Shown piece by piece: positions 1-12,599 of a DNA stretch of 64,000 bases. This DNA is from Felis catus (Eukaryota). The number at the start of each line of letters is the position of its first letter. Positions within the stretch are counted from its first letter, which is position 1. The notes beneath the pieces were generated by a model. The model was not told the origin of the DNA, ran no database searches, and was given only the letters and a program-made list of their open reading frames with translations. The translations under genes and the position numbers were made by a program. Where the stretch lies: contig NC_058368.1 of NCBI RefSeq assembly GCF_018350175.1, positions 8,494,001 to 8,558,000 on the forward strand, written 5' to 3'.

Positions 1-177
1 CTTTGAGGACAAGTGTGTGGTTGGGGGAAGGGAAGGAGGGGGCGACTTGGACTTCATCAATGCCCAATGGATCCTTCCATGTTTTGAATTTTGTGCCGTG
101 GGTTTACGTTTCTTATTCTTACCAAATCTCTGCTTATGAAGAGTCAGAGGCATGAGGGAGAGGAAGAACTTGAATGT

Positions 178-272
178 GATATATATATATATGAGATATA
201 TATATGTATATATATATGTATATGAGATATATATGTATATATATATACATATATATATCTCATATACATATC

Positions 273-307
<35 letters not shown>

Positions 308-339
308 CACACATATGTGTATATATATATATATATATA
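178..339. repeat. Imperfect (TA)n microsatellite
   Basis: Directly visible; abuts an L1 fragment. Confidence 0.95.
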
Positions 340-483
340 CACACCACATCTTCTTTATCCATTCATCAATCGATGGGCATTTGGGCTCTTTCCATAATTT
401 GTTGTTGATAGTGCTGTTATAAACACTGGGGTGCATGTGCCCCTTCAAATCAGCATGTTTGTATCCTTTGGATAAATACCCAG
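340..483 (-). mobile_element. L1 3'-region fragment (carnivore type)
   Basis: caccacatcttctttatccattcatc...gatgggcatttgggctctttcc is near-identical to the L1 at 54986-55130. Confidence 0.85.
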
Positions 484-672
484 ATTTCAGCTCAGGTCAT
501 GATCTTGGGGTTTGTGAGTTCAAGCCCTGCATCAGGCTCTGCGCTGTCAGCACAGAGCCTGCTTGGGATTCTCTCTCTCTCTCCCTCTGCCCCTCCCTTG
601 CTTGTGCTCTCTCTTTCTCTCTCTCTCTCTCTCCCTCAAAATAAACAAATAAACTGTAAGAAAAAAATTAAA
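484..672 (+). mobile_element. 5'-truncated Can-SINE
   Basis: tttcagctcaggtcatgatc...gagttcaagccc B-box, (CT)n and A-rich tail; the head is missing. Confidence 0.88.
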
Positions 673-1489
673 ATTATCTAATGTATTATTTTCGGATATT
701 TCAACCCAGCAAATTAACCTTGTTTCAGACCAGTTTTATGGGATTAGGAGCTTCAGCTTAGATTTCCTTTTTTTGGCGGGACAGGAGACAGCCAGGAGGG
801 CTGCTCTTTTAGCTGCAGTAACAGAACCAACATCCGCCCCTCCCCTCTCCCACCCTGCCCTCTCCGTTAACTCCAGAATTAAACTCCCTGCTTGCCACCT
901 TCCCTCTCCGCCCCCTTCTTCCAGAGGACCTGTGCTGCCATGTAGGCTCCTGTGAAACCCGTGACAGTTCTTATGTGGTCTGTGAGTTCACGAGTGGGGA
1001 GGAGCAGAAGCTGTGAGAAACGGTGCTTCCTTGGAAGTCCTTCCCCTGAAGCTGGGGGCATCCTCAGGCCCTGGCGGCCTGCTACTGTGGGGGTCCTGGG
1101 TTCCAAATGTCATACTGTGGATGGCTGAGATGTTTTTAGAATTTGTTTATTGCTTCCACTTCCTGGAATTCTATAAATTACATCATCCTTTGGGTTAATA
1201 GTCAACTTTTAAAAAATGCCGTTGTCTTGAATTGGATGGATTCTGAATTGATTAGGCATGCTTACACCGGTATGGATGACTTCCAGGGGAGTGAAGTTGG
1301 AGGAAAGAGGGGATCAGAGGTTATCCAGGTCCAAGGTGCTGTGGAACAGGTTCCTGAGGGTTGGGATCAAGAAATGGCACACACATCCGTTTGGCACATG
1401 GACCCGTTTGGGGAAGGTGGTCTGTGGTGGGTGGTCGGTGACAGCACCAGGAATGGAGAGCTGGGAGGCGTACTTAAGAGTGAGCCACA

Positions 1490-1691
1490 GAGGTGTCTGG
1501 GCGGCTCAGTCACTTGAGCGTCTGACTTCGGCTCAGGTCATTATCTCACAGCTCGTGGGTTCGAGCCCCGCGTTGGGCTCTCTGCTGTCAGCACAGAGCC
1601 AGCTTCTTTGGATCCTCTGACCCCTGCCCCGCTCCTCTCCTGCTCGCGCTCTTTCTCTCTCAAAAATAAAAAACAAACATTAAAAAAAAAA
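1490..1691 (+). mobile_element. Can-SINE
   Basis: Head gg(c)ggctcagtc, B-box ggttcgagccc, CT tract and A tail. Confidence 0.9.
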
Positions 1692-1875
1692 TGAGCTCAG
1701 ATGAAAGCAAAGAAACTTGATGCATTTCTAAAAATTTTGTCTAAGGCTAACAGTCTTTTTAGGAGAAGGGGAGGAAAATCTTCTTAATGACCAGAACTCA
1801 ACCAGTTATTATAATCAATAAAGTATTAATGAGTTAAATTGACTCTGGGGAATTAACCCAGAAACATAAACACTA

Positions 1876-2069
1876 TCTATTCTGTGTTTTGTTTTGAGAG
1901 AGTGCAAGTGGGGTATGGGCAGAGAGAGGGGGAGAACGAGAATCCCAAGCAGGCTCTGTGCTGTCGGCATGGAGCCCTACACGTGGCTTGAACCCACAAA
2001 ATGGGAGATCATGACCTGAGCCGAAACCAAGAGTCAGACGCTTAATGGACTGAGCCACCCGGGTGCCCC
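1876..2069 (-). mobile_element. Can-SINE
   Basis: Reverse-complement head ctgagccacccgggtgcccc. Confidence 0.9.
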
Positions 2070-2531
2070 TCCATTATGTTGTTTTTTTGTTTGTTTGTTT
2101 TTGTTTTTGTTTTTGTTTTTTTAATGGGAGAATATTTTCTTAGTTCCTAACATCTTATATCCAAATTTTTATTGGCAAAATGGCAGCTATCTTTACTTCT
2201 TCCTGTTAAGTGGTTACTCGACAGAACAGAATTTTGTGAGTGATAGACATTTATGGACTGTACATGGCTTCACATGAACATTACTCATCATGATGTTGTT
2301 GTGCTGTATTATCAGGTAGAGATGAAAACCTTTACTATAATCAAAGCTTACTCCCCTTCACTGGAAGGCAGGCAGGGACAACGATCATTAAAACAGTCCT
2401 TTCCTGGTTCAGTTTCTGAGCAGATGAAGGATTTATCTATTTTTTTATTCATGGTACATGCAAACATTACACATCCAGAAAGTTATCGTCTTTGCCCGCT
2501 TACTGTGTTTAGTTTAAAAATACTAATTTAC

Positions 2532-2747
2532 AGGCGCGCCTGGGTGGCTCAGTTGGTTCAGCATCCAACTCTTGATCTCGGCTCGCGTCATGATCTCATG
2601 GTTGGTGAATGTGAGCCCCGCATTGGACTCTGCACTGACAGAACGGAACCTGCTTGGATTCTCTCTCTCCCTCTCTTTCTGCCCCTCCCCTGCTCATGTT
2701 CTCACTCTCTCTCAAAATAAATAAGTAAACACTAAATTAAAAAAAAT
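2532..2747 (+). mobile_element. Can-SINE
   Basis: gcgcctgggtggctcagttgg head and A tail. Confidence 0.9.
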
Positions 2748-2926
2748 AGCTTAACATTATTTGTAGGAAGAAATAGTGGGAAGGGGAGCATAATTTATAC
2801 CTTTGTTTCCTCCTTAAAATATAGAAATAAGATACCTGGGCTTATGTGAATCCTTATGGCATTCTTGTCTGTTTTTAGCAGGCTGGGCTTTCTTACTTTG
2901 GAACTGGATGGAGAATTACCACTCTT

Positions 2927-3147
2927 GGGGCACCTGGGTGGTTCAGTCGGTTAAGCATCCGACTTTGGCTCGGGTCATGATCTCACGGCCCATGGGTTCG
3001 AGCCCCGTGTCAGGTTCTGTGCTGACAGCTCAGAGCCTGGAGCCTACTTTGGACTCTGCGTCTCCCTCTCTCTCTGCTCCTCCCCCACTTATGCTCTGTC
3101 TCTTTCTCTCTCAAAAATAAGTAAACATTAAAAAAAAGTTTTTTTAA
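2927..3147 (+). mobile_element. Can-SINE with TSD
   Basis: TSD agaatta(c/t)cactctt on both sides. Confidence 0.92.
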
Positions 3148-4223
3148 AGAATTATCACTCTTATCTAATGGAAATTACTGTGATAGGAAGGTTGTGAATA
3201 TAGTCTGTTTTAAAATGGAAATTCAGATGTATTGTATGAATGTGTGTCCCACAAAGTATAATTACTCATGGTCGTATCCTTTTGTTGTAAGATAGCAGCA
3301 CATCCTCTGGCCCCAGTGACCTAATGGGCTGTGTTCCTGGCTCTACAGCCTTGTTTACCACTGCCCCCCCACCCCCCCCACCCCATGACTGGCCACATGG
3401 ACTCTGCACCATCTGCCAAGGTCTTTGCCAGGGACATTAGCAAAGGCTGTTAGGCTCTGACAGCTGAGATCACTGGAGGCCGGCCAGCCAGGGTGGCATT
3501 ATTCCTGGGATCTACCACCTGATTTCAGACAATATGACCTTTCCGATGTGACCTCTTTTCCTCTGGGCTGTGGAAGTCAACCTGCTCATCAGTCCATGAA
3601 TCATTCAGAAAGGTGGCAAGTCCCTTCTCCCCCTGTCCCTCAGAGCTTCTGTAGATGCTGGATCAGACATTGCCAAGAGCACCAGTGGGTATGTGGGATG
3701 ACTCCAGATCCCAGGAATTGAAGGTTTGAAGAAAACTTAATTGAGAGGGCCTTTTTTAGGGAGGTAGCATGACCAATCATAGTTGAAGACTTAAAACCTT
3801 TGTTAAGTACTCTAAATTGAGAGGTATGCCTTTCATGGCCAACTGGGTATTGGCTTATATTTATTTTTATAAATTCAACCAGAATATTCCCTAATCCTTT
3901 TCCAAAAATCACTATTATAAGCAAGAACTACAGTTGAAAATTAATAGTACTTTTTTGTCCTGAAAACATTACAGCTGGGTGGGAGACGAACACACTCAAT
4001 TTCTTTAAGGTGTACAGGTTTTTCTAAGAAAACAATCTTTTTAAAAAATTTTTAAAGGAGATTTAGTTCTATTACCTTGAGGACAAGATTCAGAAATAAA
4101 ACGTTGGAAGTTAAGAGTTTAATTTAGGTGAAACATGTAGTCACCATTAATTAATTTTTTTTTTTGTGGTGATCTTGGGGTCAATCCTGTTGGGTCCAAA
4201 GTGATTCCTGGATTCAGAATGCA

Positions 4224-4372
4224 GGGGCGCCTCAGGGGCTCAGTCGGTTGGGTCAGGTCATGATCTTATGGTTCATGCGTTCCAGCCCCAGGTCGGACTC
4301 CGTGCTGACAGCTCAGAGCCTGGAGCCTGCTTCGGATTCTGTGTATCCCTCTTGCTCTGCCCCTCCCCCCGT

Positions 4373-4416
<44 letters not shown>

Positions 4417-4456
4417 AAAAATAAATAAGCCTTAAAAAATAAAAAAAAAAAACAAA
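4224..4456 (+). mobile_element. Can-SINE (short internal deletion after A box)
   Basis: ggggcgcc...ggctcagtcggtt joined directly to tcaggtcatg; long (CT)n. Confidence 0.88.
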
Positions 4457-4706
4457 ATGGAAAAGGAATCTGTACGAGTAGCAGGCATGCATAAGGCTTT
4501 GAGTTAGTGCCTTAGAAAATGCCCAATTTCCCAAGATCTATGGCATAACGGCCTGGGGATGCGTGTCTTCCAGCGGCCTCGTCAGCAGACGGCTTTTGAA
4601 CTGGGGGCTTCGATTTTGGCTTCAGCTTTGCAATTCCTGCCTTGATTCTCTTGACCTTATTTTATTCTAGACAGCTGTGGTGACTTATCTCTTGGAATTC
4701 ATTTTC

Positions 4707-4928
4707 TTTTTTTTAAATTTTTTTTAATGTTTATTTATTTTTGAGACAGAGAGAGACAAAGCATGAACGGGGGAGGGGCAAAGAGAGAGGGAGGCACAGA
4801 ATCGGAAGCAGGCTCCAGGCTCCGAGCCATCAGCCCAGAGCCCGACGCGGGGCTCGAACTCGCGGACCGTGAGATCGTGACCTGAGCTGAAGTCGGACGC
4901 TTAACCGACTGAGCCACCCAGGCGCCCC
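4707..4928 (-). mobile_element. Young felid-type Can-SINE with TSD
   Basis: CpG-rich consensus-like body; TSD cttgg(a/g)attcattttc. Confidence 0.93.
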
Positions 4929-5267
4929 ATCTTGGGATTCATTTTCATCCCATAACTATTGTCTTGACTAGTTGACTTGGTCTAGCTCTGGTTTATGAGG
5001 TCTCCTCTCTTCCTTCTCTTCTTTGCACTCTCTCCGCTGGGCTGGCGTCACCTGTGGAGTTGTCAGATGGTTTTGACATACTGGACACATGAAAAAGTAC
5101 CACCCATATGGAAGCATACACATGTATGTCTACAACCCATTTATGTCTGGTTGACATGTATATATAGCACACACATATTTAGAGTGTGTTAGTGGCACCC
5201 TATGTCCCACCTTGTATTATTCATTATATTTATAGGTTTTCATCACATCTGCATTTAAAAAAATTCA

Positions 5268-5794
5268 TTGTGGGAAGTGGAATGGCCCCTCGAAGAGGTG
5301 CCTGTGAATTTGTTGTGAATTTGTTGCAGATGTGATTAACGTTCTGCACCTTAAGTTAGGGAGATTATCGAAGCGGGCCCAGGCCAATCACACAAGCCCT
5401 TACAAGCAGAGACCTCCCTCTGGATGGAGTCAGAGACACAGAAGGAGGAGAAATCAGAGATTTAACGCAAGCGAGGGACTCAGTGCCACACGGAAAGGAT
5501 GAGAAGGAATATGGGCACTCGGTAGGAGTAGAGACCAGCCGCCTACTGACAGCTAGCGAGGAAATAGGACTTGAGTCCTGTAACTGCCAGGAATTTAATT
5601 TGTCCAATAATCAAGCAAATGAGCTTGGAAGCTGATTCTTCTCCAGGGTTTCTAATAAGGAAATCAACCCTTGACTTGGGCCCTGTGAGACTGTAAGCAG
5701 AGGACCCCAATGGGCCGGGCTGTGGTATCCCTGGACCTCTGTCACTACATTCCTACAGAACTGTGAGGTAACGAACATGTGAGTGTGTGTGTGT

Positions 5795-5841
<47 letters not shown>

Positions 5842-5910
5842 CTTAAGTTGCTAAGTTTGTGTGTGTGGGGGGGATTGTTGTTGTTAAAATAGCCATAGAA
5901 AATTAATACA
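5268..5910 (+). mobile_element. MLT1-type (ERVL-MaLR) solo LTR containing (GT)n at ~5782-5840
   Basis: aatggcccc...gcagatgtgattaa...gggagattatc...atcacacaagccctta...atagaaaattaataca are hallmark MLT1 motifs (recalled). Confidence 0.75.
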
Positions 5911-7034
5911 TTTGTGTATTAATACATACTTAAAAATGAGCTCAGGTGTTATCAGACATCAAAAACGTATTGTACTCATCTCTTCATAGAACCTTCATGA
6001 TGTTAGGAATTGCTTTCATGGTAATATTTAATGAACAAACTGAAACAAATTAGGGAAGTGTTTTTTAGTTTGGAGCAAACTCGTTAGACGGCTTTAAACT
6101 GGTTCTACTTATCAAGAAGCATTGATACTTCAAAGGAATGGAACGTGGCATCCAGAAGTAAGTTAGGGAGGTGCCCTTTTTCTTTTGTGGGGATGTGTTT
6201 AAACTTCAAGCATATGAGCAGAAGGAACCTTCTTGTGCTTTAGTTCAACTACATGATGGATTTTGAAAAGGAAGTAATTTTTAGGTTATTTGAGGCCTTT
6301 GGGGGGTATATTCAGCGTTTGACCAGTGAATATACTGATTTTGTGAATATTGGAAATAAATTATAATAAACAGTTCAGGCCATCACACTTAGTAGTTCTC
6401 CCAAGGGACATTTTACCCTCTTTTGTTTTTGTTTTTTTCTTCTTTTTCCCTTTTATTTAATGATTTGAACCACCAATACCTTTACACTGTCGTAAGAGTT
6501 TAAAGAGATGTTAGAAGCCTTCCTGCCACCCCCGTCTTGTCATTCCCCTCCACGCTGTGGACAGATGGGTCAGTATCTGTGTATATTCCCAGTATCTTTG
6601 GGGGAGTTCCTTTATGTGTATGCAAACAAATACACATGTATATTTCCCATTCTCCTCTATACCCTAAGGTAGCACACCATACAGTCTTTACTTCCTCGTT
6701 TTCCTCACGCGAGGGTGCATCCTAGAGCTCTTCCCGTATCAGAACACAGAGAGTTTCCACCTTCTTTTTACAGCTGGGTGGGGGATAGACTCATCATAGT
6801 TCGTGTGACCAGCTTTCTATGGACTGCTCCTTGGATTGTTTCTGATGTTCCTTATTTACAATACCGCATGTGCATCTGTAGGGTCAAATCTCAGAAATGA
6901 GATTGTTGGGTTGAAGGTAAGCGTATTTGTAATTTTGACAGCCCTAATTTGATAGATCATGATGTTGTTATTCAATTTTTTTTTCTTTCAGTCTCTCACG
7001 AGGAATCTCCGAGGGGAATTATTTTCCTATGGCA

Positions 7035-7155
7035 AGGGTGGGCATTGTAGCTTATCGTCCAAACTTTTAAGAGTGAAAGCAGGTCTATTAATAATCACAC
7101 TGGGGCAACAGGCATGAGCCAGACTTTGCTGGCAACCTGGGATGTGTCTTGATTT
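7035..7155 (+). mobile_element. MER81-like hAT-Blackjack fossil
   Basis: ttatcgtccaaac...gagtgaaag...ctattaataat...acaacaggc resembles the recalled MER81 consensus. Confidence 0.6.
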
Positions 7156-7289
7156 ACTCACAGTGTCACCAACAGAATGTGCCGTGAAACTTTCACATTT
7201 TTCTCCAGGGACCTTGAATGCAATTAAAGTTCAAAAATAATCATTTAACGAGATTAGCCTTTAAAAGTGAAGTTGCCGATGACGGCTGG

Positions 7290-7660
7290 GCAACAAGGGG
7301 AATGTGCTTAATGCCACTGAACTGTGCACTTACATGTGGTTAAAATGGTAAATTTTATGTATGTTTTGCCACAATAAAATAATCCTAAGTAAAAAGAACA
7401 AACTACTGTTGCCTGAGATCACGTGGATCTACGTTGAGCACTTATGCATAACAAAAGGCAGCTTCAAAAGGCTACATGTTGTATGATTTGATCCATAAGA
7501 CATTCTGGAAAAGGTGAAGCTATAGAAACAGAAAATGGATCAGTGGTTTCTGGGATCTGGGGGGCATAAGCAGGATGATGGAGCTATTCTCTATCTTAAA
7601 AAAATTTTTTTTAATGTTTAGTTTTGAGAGAGAGAGATATGGAGTGAGTAGGGGAAGGGC

Positions 7661-7717
<57 letters not shown>

Positions 7718-7980
7718 ATCCGAAGCAGGCTCCAGGCTCTGAGCTGTCAGCACACAGCCCGATGCAGGGCTCGAACTCATGAACCACGAGATCATGATCT
7801 AGCTGAAGTTGGACGCTTAACCGAGCAAGCCACCCAGGCACCCCGCTATTCTCTATCTTGACCGTAGTAGTCATTACATGTATGCTGTATGTTTTTGTTA
7901 AAACTGCTGAACTTTATACTCAAAGGGGTACATTTTACTGTATGCAAAGTATACCTTAATAAAAAATGTAAAAAGAAATG
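7290..7980 (+). mobile_element. Old L1M 3'-end fragments (interrupted by a SINE)
   Basis: gtgcttaatgccactgaactgtgcactt...ggttaaaatggtaaattttatg; gacattctggaaaagg; aaaactgctgaactttatactc. Confidence 0.7.
7598..7844 (-). mobile_element. Can-SINE with perfect 15-bp TSD
   Basis: TSD gctattctctatctt at 7583-7597 and 7845-7859. Confidence 0.94.
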
Positions 7981-9431
7981 GAATTTAAAAAGCAAGGCTG
8001 CTCTGTATTGTTTCCCCTGAGCTTTGGGAAAGACGTCCGGCCTGATTTGGCATTCCGTTCTGGGCAAGCATAGTGTGACCTGAGGGGCATCTGCCACTGG
8101 GCCTCCTGCCCAGGGACCACTTGTGTCACTCGGATTTTTCTAGTTGGCGGTGGTCCTGCTGCCTCAAGAAAGTCTGGCTTCGGGAGGATTTGTCCGGCCT
8201 GCTCGGGGGGAGTCTGGGGCTGGTCTGGCTACTGGTTCTTTGCAAGGCTCAAGTGGGTACGAACAGATCTCATTCTCTGTGCCACCTGGAAGGAATGAGG
8301 AAATCAGAGGACTGCTTCCCAGTGCCCAGCCTCCCCCTGCCCCCCGCCCATCCCGTGATCTGAGGATTCTATCTCATTTCTTTTGGGGTAGGGAAAGGAT
8401 TCTTACACAGCAAATCCATCTAGGCTGTGACAGAGGGCGCCTGTTGATGGTCAGGGAGGCTACTGTGCCAGGGTGAATGTCTGGCCATTTAGATGGGGGA
8501 ACAGGAGGTCCCACAGTTGAGTAGAGTCTACAGTAATGAAGACAGTGAAGGCAGATGGAAAAAGGCAGGTTCTGGGGCCCAGGCTAGGGAGCAGACGCCA
8601 AAGTCAGAAGAAATCGAATAAAATTCAGAAGAGTGCCTGACATCACTAATCATTAGGGAAATGTGAATCAAACCACAGAGAGATGCGACTTCACGCTCAT
8701 TACTTAAGAAAAGGAAACAGAAAGGAACAGAAACTAAGGGTTGGCGAGGTTGTGGAGAAGTTGGAATCCTTGTGCACTGTTGGCGAGAATGGAAAATAGC
8801 ACAACTGCTAGGGAAGACAGTATGGGGGTTGCTCACAAATTGAACAGACCGCCATATGATCCAGCAGTTCCACTTCTGGGTTTATACCCAAAAGAATTGG
8901 AAGCAGGGACTCAAAGCCAGAACAGTCTTGAGAAAGAAGAACAAAGCTGGGGGTATCACAATCCCACGTTCCTTAAGCAGTAGTAATCAAAACCCTATGG
9001 AACTGGCACGGAAATAGACACATTGATCAATGGAACAGAGTAGAGAACCCAGAAATAAGCCCACCCTTGTATGATCAATTAATCTATGACAAAGAAGACA
9101 AGAATATACAATGGGGAAAAGACACTCTATTCCGTAAACGGTGTTGGGAAAACTGGTCAGCTATATTCAAAAGAATGAAATTGGACCACTTTCTTTTACC
9201 ATACACAAAAGTAAACTCAAAATGGATTAAAGACCTAAATGGGAGGCTTGAAACCAGAAAATTACTAGAAGAAAAGGTAGGCACTACTGTCTTTGACATC
9301 AGCCTTAGCAAAATTTTTCAAGATATATCCCCTCAGGCAAGGGAAACAAAGGCAAAAATAAACTATTGGGACTATATCAAAATAGAAAGCTTTTGCACAG
9401 CAAAGGAAACCATCAACAAAACAAAAAGACA

Positions 9432-9634
9432 GGGGCTCCCGGGTGGTTCTGTCCGTTAAGCATCTGCTCTCGATTTTGGCCCAGGTCCTGATGTCATGGT
9501 TCGTGAGATTGAGCCATGAGTCAGGCTCTGTGCTGACAGTGTAGAGCCTGCTTGGGATTCTCTCTCTCCTCTCTCTCTGCCTGTTCTCTCTCTTTCTCGC
9601 TCTCCCTCTCTCAAAAACAAATAACATTAAAAAA
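9432..9634 (+). mobile_element. Can-SINE inserted in L1
   Basis: SINE body interrupts L1 at the aaaacaaaaagaca / aaaacccagaaaggca target. Confidence 0.88.
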
Positions 9635-9773
9635 CCCAGAAAGGCAACCTACTGAATGTGAGACGCTATATGCAAATGATATATTTGATAAGGGGTTAAT
9701 ATCCCAAATATATAAAGAACTTATACCAATTCAATGCCAAAAAACCCAATCCAATTAAAAATGGGCACATTAT

Positions 9774-9965
9774 AGGGCACCTGGGTGTCTCAGTAAGTTG
9801 AGTGTCTGACTCTCGATTTCGGCTCAGGTCATGATCTCATGCTTTGTGGTATTGGGCCCCGTGTCAGGCTGTGCACTGACAATGTGGAGCCTTCTAGGGA
9901 TTCTCTCTCTCCCTCTTTCCCTGCCCCTCCCCTGCTGTACCCTCTCTCTTAAAATAAATAAACTT
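9774..9965 (+). mobile_element. Can-SINE inserted in L1
   Basis: Flanked by aaaaatgggca / aaaaggggca. Confidence 0.88.
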
Positions 9966-11476
9966 AAAAAAGGGGCAGAGGAGCTGAGTAGAGGAAGACT
10001 TACACATGGCCAATAGACACATGATTTGTGATGTGGAGCATTTTTTTTTAATCAAGGAGATGAGAATGAAAACCATAAGATAATACTTTAAGCCCAAGAG
10101 CATGGCTTGAATCAAAAGCACAAGAAACAACAAGTGTTGGTAAGGACATGGAGAAAAAGGAACTCTTGTGCAGTGTTGGTGGGAATGCAAACTGGTGCAG
10201 CCACTGTGGAGAACAGTATGGAGGTTCCTCAAAAAATTAAAAATAGAACTACCATAGGATCCCATAATTCCACTTCTGGGTATTTACCCAAAGAAAACAA
10301 AAACACTCGTTCAAAAAGATACATGCACCCCTATGTTTATTGCAGCATTATTTACAATAGCTAAGATACGGAAGCAGCCTGGGTGTTCATCCACAGATGA
10401 ACGGATAAAAATGATGTGACACACATCATTTATATAAATACGTGTGTAATGGAATACTACTTGGCCATAAAAAAGAATGAGATCTTGCCATTTGCAACAT
10501 GGCTGGACCTAGAGGGTATAATGCTAAGTGAAACAAGTCAGAGAAAGACAAATAGCATATGGTTTTGCTTCTCTGTGAAATCTAAGCAATAAAACAAACA
10601 AAAGCGCAAACAGACTCTTAAATACAGAGCAACAGACTGATGGTTGCCAGAGGGGAGGGAGTTGGAAGGATGGGCAGGATTGGGTTAAGGTGAGTGGGAG
10701 ACACAGGATTACAATTATATAATGACTAAGTCACAAGAAGGAAAGCATGGTATGCTGTGCATCTGTGTGACCATAGGGCGTTGGTCAATGGTACCGTAAT
10801 TGTGTTGTCTGGTGGCATGTGTTGGCTGCACTTGTGAAGAGCACAGCATAAAAATGTCTCGACTTGTTGAATCACTGTGTTGTACGCCTGAAACTAATGT
10901 AACATTGTCAACTATACATCAGTATCAAAAAGCAGGGATTCAGACAGATACTTGCACACCCACGTTCAGAGCGGTGTTAGTCACAATAACCAGAAGGTGT
11001 TATTCACGCTAGCCGAAAGGTGGACGCTACCCAAGATCCAGATGAAGGGATACACAAAATGTGGCATATCCATACAGTGGAATAGTGTTCAGCTTTGGAA
11101 AGGAAGGAGAATCCTTCCCTGGATAAACTTGAGGACACTATGCTAAGCGAAATAAAAGCCAGTCGCCAAGATAAGCCAGTATGATTCCACTTATATGAGA
11201 GCCTGGAGTGGTCAAACTCACTGAGATCAAAAGGCCCGCGCTCATCCTGGGCTGTTCCTGCCGCTTGATGTACTTGAGGAGGTGATTGCTGAGGAGTCAC
11301 GTGAATTTGCTAGATTCTGAGTGGTGTCTTCATCCTGCTTAGACAGAAAGGAGGGGAAGATGTTCGGAAGACTGTGTCGGGGAAAGGGTGGGAGTTTGCA
11401 GTGAGTTTTGAAATCTTACGTAGTCTCTTGGGGACAATCAGACTGCCCCTAAATGTCTCTCCCTCCCTTTATTTCT

Positions 11477-11682
11477 TTTTTTTTAGGTTTGTATTTATTT
11501 TGAAAGAGAAAGAGTGAGAAACAGCATGAGTAGGGGAGGGGCAGAGAGAGAGAGAGAGAGAGAGGAAGAGAGAGAATCTGACAGTGCAGAGCCTGACGCA
11601 AGGCTTGATCTCATGAACTGTGACATCATGACCTGAACTGAAATCAGAAGTCAGACGCTTAACCGACTGAGCCCCCCAGCCC
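11477..11682 (-). mobile_element. Can-SINE with internal deletion
   Basis: TSD ccctccctttatttct. Confidence 0.88.
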
Positions 11683-11873
11683 CTCCCCCTCCCTTTATTT
11701 CTAATGGGGAAAATTTGATTTCTTCCTAATGACGAAAAGGGTCTTTATGAAAGTTCTGCATCTGGTTTTGATGAGACCCCACGTATTTGAGCAAATCTTT
11801 TGCCTCTTCAGGGCTGCTAATGCTCAGTCCACCAAACATACTCCGTGATGTCCAGTGTTGCACGTGGCTTTGC

Positions 11874-12475
11874 AGCTCACTTCCTGTATTGTATATAGAA
11901 ATGCATCATACGTATGAGCTCACTTCCTGTATTGTGTGTAGAAATGCATCATACGTATGAGCTCACTTCCTGTATTGTGTGTAGAAATGCATCATACGTA
12001 TGAGCTCACTTCCTGTATTGTGTGTAGAAATGCATCATACGTATGAGCTCACTTCCTGTATTGTGTGTAGAAATGCATCATACGTATGAGCTCACTTCCT
12101 GTATTGTGTGTAGAAATGCATCATACGTATGAGCTCACTTCCTGTATTGTGTGTAGAAATGCATCATACGTATGAGCTCACTTCCTGTATTGTGTGTAGA
12201 AATGCATCATACGTATGAGCTCACTTCCTGTATTGTGTGTAGAAATGCATCATACGTATGAGCTCACTTCCTGTATTGTGTGTAGAAATGCATCATACGT
12301 ATGAGCTCACTTCCTGTATTGTGTGTAGAAATGCATCATACGTATGAGCTCACTTCCTGTATTGTGTGTAGAAATGCATCATACGTATGAGCTCACTTCC
12401 TGTATTGTGTGTAGAAATGCATCATACGTATGAGCTCACTTCCTGTATTGTGTGTAGAAATGCATCATACGTATG
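11874..12475. repeat. Minisatellite/VNTR, 14 x 43 bp (AGCTCACTTCCTGTATTGTGTGTAGAAATGCATCATACGTATG)
   Basis: 602 bp = 14 units. Units 2-14 look identical; unit 1 has TGTATATAG instead of TGTGTGTAG. Confidence 0.97.
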
Positions 12476-12599
12476 TAGGGTACAGTGATGAAAAGTTCCC
12501 ATGCTGCCTTTGACATCTAATGAAGCTGTATTTGGGTTCTTTCCTGAACCTTGGTCACCTCATTTGTAAAATGGGGATAATATGGGTCCTTAATACTTT

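Larger units (their letters stand above)
8916..10929 (+). mobile_element. 5'-truncated L1 (ORF2 C-terminus + 3' UTR), degenerate
   Basis: Translations [45 protein letters not shown] and [17 protein letters not shown] are typical L1 ORF2; flanked by a TSD. Confidence 0.92.
8629..11225 (+). mobile_element. Old L1 (L1MB-like) 3' end split by a younger L1
   Basis: The sequence ...aaagaattggaagcagggactcaaa stops at ~8915 and resumes aagcagggattcagacagatacttgcacacc at ~10930. Confidence 0.75.

Noticed and set aside
144..448. Ile/Tyr-rich ORFs
   Set aside because: Translation of (TA)n and L1 sequence.
11874..12475. CRISPR-like array
   Set aside because: The units are contiguous and identical with no unique spacers; there are no cas genes and the context is mammalian.
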